In this document: piece after piece, positions 26,656 to 36,910 of the stretch | How the letters are laid out: each line of letters begins with the position of its first letter | Position numbering within the stretch: position 1 is the stretch's first letter | DNA from: Nemertoderma westbladi | Taxonomy: Eukaryota > Animalia > Xenacoelomorpha | DNA length: 59,653 nucleotides | Direction: 5' to 3' | Assembly (NCBI GenBank): GCA_032718475.1 | Contig: JAUCBJ010000260.1 | Location: 1-59,653, forward strand | Made by a program: the position numbers and the translations under genes | The notes under the pieces: model-generated | What the model was told of the DNA's origin: nothing | Databases searched by the model: none | What the model saw: only the letters and a program-made list of their open reading frames with translations

Positions 26656-27489
26656 ACAACTACAGTTAATATTCTGAAGAAGCTACTTAAACCCTTTCAA
26701 TCATTTATGGCTGTGATATAGGAATGATATGGTAACATGATGATAACAAATTTTCACAGCTTTATTGAATTATATGACTTTTGAATTTTGCTCTTTCCAA
26801 TATTTAAAATTGAAATGTGGAGATGTGTGATTATATAAAGTATAATAATGAAAATAAATTATAATTCTAGAATGTTTAGAAATTAAAATTATTATTTTTG
26901 GTCTAAGGTTCGACAGTAAACAATACTACAATACTGGGAACTTTACAAAACCATTAAGAAGGAAGACCCTTATTACATATACAGCATACTAAGGGACAGA
27001 CCATGTAAATGGTAGAGCTAATTGTTGTGCTGTACACATGACGCCTCATAACAATAAGCAGATAAATGGCCATAAACTATGTAGATTAATTTCGCATCTA
27101 AATACACTTCCTATTCCGACTAAGAGAGAGCACAACACATTCATACAACATGTGCGGATTAAGAAGGGCGGCTGGTTTCTAGAGCTGATCATCCAGAATC
27201 GGCCTGCAATGCATAATTTTATTGGTACTTTGCTAAGCTGCGCCCAGCCAAAATTATAATTCTATGCTACGCACGCATATGGCAGACCTTGAAATTTACT
27301 TACAGCCTTCCTGATGAATTTCCACCATACAAACTCAACCCAATGTCATTGAATAAGATAACTCATAATCCATCACTAAAGAGCAAATTTATATAATAAC
27401 ATTGAATCTTTTTCAATCAATTATGGCTGTGATAAAGATATGTGGGCAAGATATGATATGAAGATAGATAAGAAGATATGCGGACATGT

Positions 27490-29625
27490 GTCCGATTCTC
27501 CAACTACTACTAGGTCGGGCGAACTCGGACAGTGGAAATGAGATCTTTCCCGGCTTCCCGATTCTCCAACCACTACTAGGTTGAGCGAACTCGGACAGTG
27601 GAAATGAGATGGTTATATATTGAAAAATATCGAGACATGAAAAATATCGAGAGTAAAAATAACGCGAGTAAAAACATCGAGTGTTGAAAAATAACGATAA
27701 TATTGAGAGTTCAAAAAATATCGAGAGTAAAAATATCGAGGGTAAAAATATCGAGAGTAAAAATATCGAGTGTTGAAAAATATCGAGAGTAAAAATATCG
27801 AGTGTTACAAAATATCGAGAGTAAAAATATCGAGTGTTGAAAAATATCGAGAGTAAAAATATCGAGTGTTGAAAAATATCGAGAGTAAAAATATCGAGTG
27901 TTGAAAAATATGGAGTGTTGAAAAATATCGAGAGTAAAAATATCGAGTGTTGAAAAATATAGAGTGTTGAAAAATATCGATAGTAACAATTTTTTTAAAT
28001 AATGGTTGAATGATAATTTTTTTTTACTAAAAATGTTCTATAACAAAAATATTTATCAACATTTGGTAGCTTATACGTGTTCTAATATAACATTTAACAA
28101 TATTTATAATATTTATCAAAATTGATAGCTAGCACTTCTTTTATAATATTTATTTAAAAAATAGCAAAAACTAGTTAGTATAATAAATCTGGTAAATGGG
28201 TACCCAAGGTGTATTACATAATGCCATTGACTTGCACTTGCACTGTTTTAACACATGCACTGCTATATTGTTCCATAATTCTAAATAAAATGCTCAAGCA
28301 AAATGCAATATTTTTACTCTCGATATTTTTCAACACTCGATATTTTTCAACACTCGATATTTTTACTCTCGATATTTTTCAACACTCGATATTTTCAACA
28401 CTCGTTATTTTTACTCTCGATATTTTTACTCTCGATATTTTTACTCTCGATATTTTTCAACACTCGATATTTTTAGTCTCGATATTTTTACTCTCGATAT
28501 TTTTCAACACTCGATATTTTTCAACACTCTATATTTATCAACACTCGATATTTTTACTCTCGATATTTTTCAACACTCGATATTTTTACTCTCGATATTT
28601 TTCAACACTCGATATTTTTACTCTCGATATTTTTCAACACTCGTTATTTTTACTCTCGATATTTTTCAACACTCGATATTTTTACTCTCGATATTTTTAC
28701 TCTCGATATTTTTCAACACTCGATATTTTTAGTCTCGATATTTATACTCTCGATATTTTTCAACACTCGATATTTTTCAACACTCGATATTTTTCAACAC
28801 TCGCTATTTTTACTCTCGATATTTTTCAACACTCGATATTTTTACTCTCGATATTTTTCAACACTCGATATTTTTCAACACTCGATATTTTTACTCTCGA
28901 TATTTTCCAATTTTTCAACACTCGATATTTTTACTCTCGATATTTTTCAACACTCGATATTTTTACTCTCGATATTTTTCAACACTCGATATTTTTACTC
29001 TCGATATTTTTCAACACTCGATATTTTTCAACACTCGTTATTTTCGATATTTTTCAACACTCGTTATTTTTACTCTCGATATTTTTTAATCACGTTAATT
29101 TTCAACACTCGTTATATTTACTCTCGATATTTTTACTCTCGTTATTTTTACTCTCGATATTTTTCAAGTCTCGATATTTTTCACCATTACCAATGAGATC
29201 CTTCCCGGCGTCCCGATTCTCCAACTACTACTAGGTCGAGCGAACTCGGACAATGGAAATGAGATCCTTCCAGGCTTCCCGATTCTCCATCTACTACTAG
29301 GTCGAGCGAACTCGGACAGTGGAAATGAGAGCCTTTCAGACTTCCCGATTCTCCATAGTTGACCTAATTTCGTTTCTCTCAAGTCCAGTATCGCTTTTAT
29401 TTTAAGTTGGTCCATGTTAGGGCATAAACAGTCGTCCACGACTACGCTTTCCATGAGTTGGTTGCCAGAAAAGTAGATCTGGTATGACCTCGTCTTTACT
29501 TCTCCAGCAGTGCCCACTGAATCTTAATCTACATTCACGGAGGGTGGTTGATACAGGTGGTATTGTACCATAAAGCTCGGCGTTTGTCATGTGTTGTATA
29601 GTATAGGTTAGTATATTTTTGAGAC
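27490..29625 (-). mobile_element. 3' fragment of an RTE-clade LINE with a tandemly reiterated 66-nt terminus
   Basis: TNAELYG...RLRFSGHCWR...W.P.HGKRSRGR is a typical RTE C-terminus. Repeats encode MENREAWKDLISIVRVRST* followed by (TAG)n. Confidence 0.8.
27611..29191. mobile_element. Non-autonomous TIR element with inverted satellite arms (Merlin-like or foldback)
   Basis: 8-bp duplication AATGAGAT (27603-10, 29192-99); termini GGTTA.../...TTACC. Arms are built from 15-nt TCGATATTTTTACTC and 17-nt TCGATATTTTTCAACAC units in opposite orientations. Confidence 0.75.
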
Positions 29626-29855
29626 TTGACTCATTCTGTGACTGCGATCCACTTTGCACTCCCCATTCACATACTGTGGACAGACTGGCTAAACGGGAAC
29701 AGTTTCTGCTGCTGCTGCAGTAGAAAGGCCAGTGTGTCATTTTTGACATAAATCCGACTTTGTCGGACTCACATGCTACAATATAATCGTGTGGGTCCAC
29801 ATTTTCCGAAGTCTTACTACTTTAGAAAGTTCTACAATCTCATGGAGTAATAACT

Positions 29856-31039
29856 ATTTACATACTTGTGTGTAAAGTAGCACTTTACAGTGAGATGATC
29901 CGAGTGGCTTTGTTACACGAACGAATGTTAGTGAGTGAGTGAAAATAAAGCCACGAGGATCAGAACACTGTAAAGTACTTTGTAACAAGTAGGCCTATGT
30001 ATGTAGTTTTATTCCAAAATTTTAACATTACGAAATGATTGTACAAATAAATACATTATAAGTGATAGAAACTGCACAAATTATATTTGTTGCTGTATAA
30101 ATAAATGTAACAATGACATCAATTATGTTATAAATAAGTTAGCTTATATTTATGGTAGCGTTTGGAGCCATGTTATAATAATATAGCTAGGCCCAACTGG
30201 TTATTAATAGCTATACCCCGTCTACCGGTAGGTAATGCAGTAGGCCTATCAGGCAAATTTCTACCTATTGTTTACGTGGTATACAATGACGGCGTTAAGT
30301 AATGTCCCCTTAGTGTAAAGTAAAGTAAAGTAAATTTTCTTCGGCCGCTAGGCCAGGGATTACGCACAAAGTCTAACGACTTATTTCCAGTGCGGTCCCC
30401 CCAGAACTTTACTCCCCAGAGGAAACTCCAGTACTCATTTAGCTACCACTTAAGGATGCAAGGCAGAGATGCGCCCTGGCTGGTCCCTTTAAAGCATTCG
30501 TGCCGAAACGAAAACTGCCCTGGCCCATGTGAGGATCGAACCCACGACCTACAGGAGATATGAATTCAATGCAACCACTACACCAAGTGTTACTTAACGC
30601 CGTCAAAGGTTACCACGTAAACAATAACACCAAATACAATACTAAATGTACAGGCCAATACAATGCTGTAATGTCCTCTAAAGTTGTAAAGTGCTAAATA
30701 ACAACTCGCTGTTAATACTTACGGCGTTGAGTAATGTTACAATTTTGGTTATTAGTAGTATTGGCCTGTACATTTAGTATTGCACTGGTGTATTATTATT
30801 TATATAGTCATTTTTACATTTATTTATACAGTAACTAATATAATTTGTGAAGTTTCTATCACTTATAATGTATATGTACAATCATTTCGTAATGTTAAAA
30901 TTTTGGAATAAAACTACATACATACTTGTTGCAGTGTTCTGATCCTCGTGGCTTAATTGTAATCACTCGCTACTTTCGTTCGTGTAACAAAGCACTCGGA
31001 TCATCACACTGTAAACTGTTACTTTGCACATTTGTAAAT
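29856..31039. mobile_element. Long-TIR non-autonomous DNA element (second copy at 58418)
   Basis: Ends ATTTACA.../...TGTAAAT with ~250-bp imperfect inverted arms; a closely similar copy lies at 58418-59059. Confidence 0.75.
30316..30589 (-). mobile_element. tRNA-derived SINE
   Basis: A box TGGTGTAGTGG, B box GGTTCGATCC, (TTTAC)n tail. Absent from the paralogous site at ~58890. Confidence 0.85.
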
Positions 31040-32161
31040 TATTATTGCAGCTACATTTCAATTTCTGAAGCCAGTTTATTCCAGAAATATGTCTAAAATA
31101 GGTAAGTGAAGTATAAATTATATTATAGTTGTTTACAAAGATAATAAAAACCACCATACACCGCATTAATATTATTTATATTACTATTAAATACCGCCAT
31201 GATGCATCCTACAATTGACCCAACCAATTATAGGATAGTATAGTAAGTAATAATGGATTATATCAATGTTCCCTTTGTCTAAATAAGCCGCATTAATATA
31301 ATATAATTGAATTAAATCAACTGCGACAGATCAAAGTAAGTCATTATTAATTAATCAAAGTGAAATGCAATCAAAGTAGTTTCGCCGCCATTTCGTACAC
31401 ATGATCAAAATGGCAGGATGGAGTCACTCCCGGCACACTCCATTGGAGTGTGCCGGGAGCTCTTTAACTGGTGATGCAAAAATTAAACGATTATTCCTAA
31501 TATTTTGCCGTCCAGTCCCACAGACTACATACATGCACATGCCTACTCACTTCATTTAAAACAGTAATATAAAGTAAGTTAGGCCCGGGTATACACATAA
31601 TCTTTCAACGTTCAACTTTCAACTAAAAAACACATTGTGCCTATGGAGACGTTCACGGACAATTTTCATTCAACATGCAACTTTAATTTCTTAATTGAAG
31701 GTTGCGTATGTGTAATGCTTTGCTGTGTTAACAGATACGTAAAGTAGTGCGTGCCTGTATTACGAATTGAACTAGAATAACTTACGACCTTTACATATAG
31801 CTGATATATAATGTTAATGAAATTATTACTGTAAAGGTTTTAATGTTTTTAAATATTCTTTCCTCTTTTATCGTGCCTTTATATAAAATGTTACCCTACA
31901 TTACTACCACCCATGCATAACTAACTACATTATCTATTCCATAGTGGCACTAATAGTGGCACTAATGGCAGACATACAAATATTTTTCAGAACTACAGTA
32001 GAAAATTTAGAATTAGTGTCTTCAGAATATTTACTACAATATGTATGCCTCCAATTTACTGTCTATTATTATTATTAAATGTCCGTTCGAATTATTCTAG
32101 TCCAATGACGATTGTTAATTTGATTCTAGATATGGCAGCTTTCAACTAATGCTGCGTTACC

Positions 32162-32727
32162 CAGAGGCGCCGCTAGGGTGGGGCAGGAGGGGGCGGCTGC
32201 CCAGGGGCGCCACTTCAGGGGGGCGCAAAATTTAGAAATATTTAGGAGAGGAAATTGGGACTATAAGCAAAATGTAGAAATTTAATCTTTAGTAGTGGTG
32301 GTTACATTATGGCCCTTCAAACCTAGGAAGACAAGACGTACTGCAAGCAGGCCGGCTTAATATCTGTTGTAATTGGTATGGGCTCTTTCAGCAAACTTAA
32401 ATTAATATTAAATTACTTACGAACTACAATGTTAGAGAAACGCTTGTCTGAACTAGCCCTGCTTAGTATAGAGTCCGAAACATTAGATAACTTAGAGTTA
32501 TATATATTAATTACCGAATTTGCTTCAATCAAATCTCGTAAAGTTTTTTTATAATGTGGCCTATTTATTTTTGTAATAAATATAATCATGTTCTGTAAAT
32601 ATACTCACTTTCCATATTTTTTTGTGTTTTTGTATTTATTTTTTTTTTTTGGGGGGGGGGGGGGGGGTGGGAGGGGCGCTCAAAATGGGACTCGCCCAGG
32701 GGCGCAAAAAACGAAGCTCCGCCTCTG
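32162..32727 (+). mobile_element. Non-autonomous hAT element
   Basis: CAGAGGCG...CGCCTCTG termini; 8-bp duplication GCGTTACC; internal remnant SFSKLKLILNYLRTTMLEKRLSELALLSIE of the hAT C-terminal dimerisation domain. Confidence 0.9.
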
Positions 32728-32809
32728 GCGTTACCAGATGCATAAAATAGTGCATGTCTGTATATTTATCGACTATTTACCAACAGAATGATGCTCAACC
32801 ATTTATATT

Positions 32810-33240
32810 TTAACCTGGACTCCATCCTCGAGCAGCGAGTCCGGGCCAAGAAGGTCCATTACAGCGCGGTGTGCGAGGACAGGAGGATCTCCTTCACCCC
32901 CCTAGTCGGAACCACCGACGGGGTGTGGTGTAAGGAGGCCGAAATCCTAATCCGCCACCTCGCTGAGACCCTCGTGGCTCGGCGGCTGGGGATGCGCCAG
33001 CGAGGCCTCGCCAGTGTGTTGGGAGGGGTCCGGAGGCGCCTTCAATTCGCGCTGATCCGCTCCAACTCCCTCTGCCTGCGTGGTGGGCGGCGCCCATAGC
33101 GGGCACTGGGCTTTGGGGACGGTGCGGGGTTGCGGGGCTCCGATCTACCCGATCGGCATTAACCGATCTCGTATTTACTTCGTTTGTGACTTTAGATAGG
33201 TAACATAATATAGATTAATTATTTAGGCAATTTAATAAAC
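32810..33240 (+). mobile_element. 3' fragment of a CRE-clade non-LTR retrotransposon
   Basis: KKVHY...FTPLVGTTDG...EA...RRRLQFALIRSNSLCLRG resembles the C-terminal region of restriction-like-endonuclease (CRE) elements. GC-rich island followed by AATAAA. Confidence 0.65.
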
Positions 33241-33568
33241 AACTTGTGCAGTTTACTATGTAAATTTACTTTGGATATTCGTTAATAATTATTAGATTAT
33301 TAGTGTAGATTACCGGTAAAATTTATATTTTAATATTAAACATTTTATTTTAAATTTTATTTTTATTTTGCAATATAACAAATATTTTTTTATGAGCAGA
33401 AAGTGAAATGTTTATATGTGAAGTGTGACGTAGTTATTTAAAAGTTGAATATTGAATGTTGAATGCGCATTTGTGAGCCGGGGATTAGTGAACGCATACA
33501 TATCAAACACAACTGTAAATCATTAAAACATCATGATTTACATATCACCTTCACTTAATAACACCAAC

Positions 33569-34755
33569 TGTAAAAGCTTTTGTGGGATAACTGATACGTT
33601 TGCCTTTGCTGGCCAGTTCCCCCCCGGTCGCTAGAATACTCTCAAAGGGATTTATAACTAAAATAGTGCAAGCTACCAGCTTATTGGCTGATGTGCTGTG
33701 TGGAGATATCTGGGCTCAGTTTAATCGGCCAACCAGTGTAGGGAGGTTGCCTAAGCCTTGCTGTCCGTGTCGGCCAATAGAATTTGCGTGGGCGTTGATT
33801 TCGACCTATCCCAGCGCTACTGAACTGAATTTCCTATCTCTATGCTCATCCTCTGTGTTGAACGGGGCTTCGTGGAATAAGGGTAGTTGGTATCCTCGTA
33901 TAGTTATTCCAGTCATATGATTCTTCATATGATTCTGTTGTTATGTTCCCATTTTTCGCCATAACACCGGCTTTTTGGGAAGAACTCTAGTAAACTGCTT
34001 AAATTATCGAAAGTATAAACTGTTACCTTAACTAACTCACTTAATTTAACTGCATTAATCATATTGTTTGTACTGTTATTTTACTGTCAGTTATTAATTG
34101 TATCTATTTGTTGATGGAAATATTGCTCTTTGGAGAATACGGATAAATCACCTTAAATTCCCAATTTTCTTGATACACTACAGGTTAGAGAGACGGGCTA
34201 TATATAACAATTGCGATTTATATTAATGTGGTGTGTATTGAATCTAATGTTATTTAGTAGACCCTACATGAGTCAATTACTGCTCTCTTTATGTGTGATC
34301 AAATATACTGACGGTCGGCAGAATAGTGTGTATGATTGTGATTGGTAACAAAGTATTTCCTAAAGAATACGCTTTATACTTTAATCATAAGCGGTATCGT
34401 TGCGTTTTAGTATAAGTCTTAGTTCTGTTTAAATAGATAGAGCGCCACGTCCTAAAGGAACTGTTAATATTTCCCGAAAGCCAATAATATCTGTCAGAAA
34501 TTAATTATTAACGATCTATCGAATAATACAGTAAGTTTACGCTGCAACCTTACACTGCAATAATAAAATTTAAGCATCCGAATTCAGCCTCCCAGGTGTA
34601 GATCCATCGGGTGAATGATCGCGCATGGGCTGACTTCGGCTAATGTTTTGCGTATTAGCATAAAATATTGTCGTATGCTAAAGGTGTTTTAATTAACTAA
34701 AAGACATATAAATTTTGGCAGGTTAAACTGCTAAAGGTCTTCAAAAGCGCGAACA
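33569..34755 (+). repeat. 5' LTR
   Basis: TGTAAAAGC...GCGCGAACA; by eye it differs from the 3' LTR at about four positions. Confidence 0.97.
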
Positions 34756-34768
34756 GTAACAGTTTATA
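34756..34768 (+). promoter_or_regulatory. Putative self-priming primer-binding site
   Basis: GTAACAGTTTATA abuts the LTR, lacks the TGG of tRNA-primed sites, and is the exact reverse complement of LTR 34014-34026 (TATAAACTGTTAC). Confidence 0.65.
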
Positions 34769-35059
34769 ATCTTATTGCAGTAGGCAATAAGGTTGCAAAA
34801 TACCGTAGTGACTAGTAAAACTGAACCGGTACTTCTGTAGGTCAGTAGGCCTAACTGTCATCACCGGTACCGGTACTGCTGTACAAGTACATTTAGTATT
34901 ATTCGATTTTGATTATTGTATACCGGTAGGCTGTTTAAGAGATTAGGGACTGTACACCCCTTGTTTCTTTTGGAGCTTACTTATTTCTGTCGGTTTTATT
35001 TCCTAGTAAGTTAATATTGAGCTGAAGACGTGTAAGTCTGCTCAGATTGTTCAAATAAT

Positions 35060-35570
35060 TGTAGGCTGAACTGCTGTCTGACTGTGTTGAGTTTGGAGAG
35101 ATTACGGCGTGTGTAGAGTTTGTCTGATAAAGTGCCGTTAGTAAGTTGGGGCAGCCATATGCGGTAAGGTCAATCCCCTCTTAAAGAATAAGTCGTACTA
35201 CCGTGTTAGAACGCATACTAACTAACAGTTTCAGAATCTGCATATACTGTAGTTTATTTAGGCTTGATTGTAGTCTGCCAGTGTTTTAGCCTGTGTTTGT
35301 TTGTGTGGTCTGTTCAGGTACCGTAATAGTTATTACTCAGATATTTTGTAGGCTAGATTGTTGTCTAGCTATTCTTAGGCCTGAAGGGATTGCTGCGTGT
35401 GTAGAGTTGGTCTGATAAAGTGCCGTTAGTAAGTTGGGGCAGCCATATGCGGTAAGGTCAATCCCCTCTTAAAGAATAAGTCGTACTACCATGCTAGAAC
35501 GCATACTAACTAACAGTTTCAGAATCTGCACATACTGTAGTTTGTTTAGGCTTGATAGTAGTCTGCCAGC
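35060..35570 (+). repeat. ~288-bp tandem duplication in the 2.1-kb 5' leader
   Basis: GTGTAGAGTT...AAAGAATAAGTCGTACTACC...GTCTGCCAG occurs twice at a 288-bp period. Confidence 0.85.
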
Positions 35571-36910
35571 GTTTAGTTTGTATTTTGTTTGAGTATTCTG
35601 TACGGGTAGCGTAATATTTATTATTCAGAGTTTATGCGATTATTCGCAACATTCATGTCCCCAAGTTTATTCCTACAGTAATTGTGCTTGTTATACATAC
35701 CGTTATAGTTAAATTAACTCCGGTACTACACGGGCTGCTTGGCGTAGGACAAGACTGGTGACTTTGTGCTCTAGTCACTCCAGCAGATGCCGTGGTTCTT
35801 TTAACTGTTCAAGTATATTTAACTACTGATTATTTGTTATACCGGTACTTGTACCTAATTTAGGGTTTAGTGTACAGTGCTTTCCGAAGTAATTAGTGTA
35901 GGCAGTATATTTGTGTTGTAAAGTGGTTGATAGGCACATTCGTTAGCTCTATTAGCTTCTGGGTAGGAACAATCCGTGATACATAACGTAGTACCTATAG
36001 CGATACGGTTATAGGTCGTCAGGCGGTGGTATTTTCCTATCTGGACAGTACAATATATTTACTACTACTTATTATTTCAAATACCGTAGTACCCTGTCCG
36101 TTGTAATAACCAGAATTCTAACCCTTTGTTAGGCTGGTTTGTAGACTTCCTGTAAAATTACCCTAAAAAATTTCGTACGTAATATTTTGTTGTGTTTAAT
36201 TAGAGAATTAATCTCACCAGTATAGTAAGTAATTTGTAGTATTAAGTAACTTAGGTAAATTAGAATTATCAGTTTTAGTGTAAAATAAATAGCACTTCAC
36301 TGAGAGCGCACAGCTTCTGTGTAGTGACTCCCCCAGAAATAATAACATTTATTTCAAATATTGACAAAAAACCCATTTAGATGGGTATATAAATATTATA
36401 AATCAAATCAAACGATTTATAAATAGTAGGCCTGCCATACAACAACTAGGTCTCACTATCAGTTGGACTACTGCTTAAATAACGGTAATAAAGTAAGTTA
36501 AAGTAACTAAGTAACCCTAAAATATTCAGGAATTCAATTATTCTAAAAATAATTGACATACCGGTACTTACCATAGGCTTATTATATTTATTTCTATAAA
36601 TTTGAGCTGAAATCATAACGGTACTCTGTAATTAATTCTAGTTCATAATTATACTTATATATACTATAAGTGTAAGCTGTATACCGGTATTCAAGATAGG
36701 CCTATTATATATTTATATATATCTGTGCTAAATTTATATACCGGTACTCTGTGACAAACCTAGTTTACAATACTTATATATATTATAAGTGCATACCGGT
36801 ATTCTAATATACTGCAATAAATTACCGGTACTAGGCCAGTGGTCATACTGAATTACTAGACTTGCTTTAACTGTAACTATAGCAGTAAGCCTTCAACTGT
36901 ATAGCTAAAC

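Noticed and set aside
28209-29234. 341-aa ORF
   Set aside because: Translation of the 15/17-nt satellite, which lacks stops on that strand.
27620-29360. CRISPR-like appearance of regular repeats
   Set aside because: No unique spacers, no cas genes, eukaryotic context.
30520-30589. tRNA gene
   Set aside because: A and B boxes are present, but there is no complete cloverleaf; it is a SINE head.
33600-33920. 106-aa ORF duplicated at 51028
   Set aside because: Lies in the LTR, starts at TTG, and is not conserved in the sister LTR.
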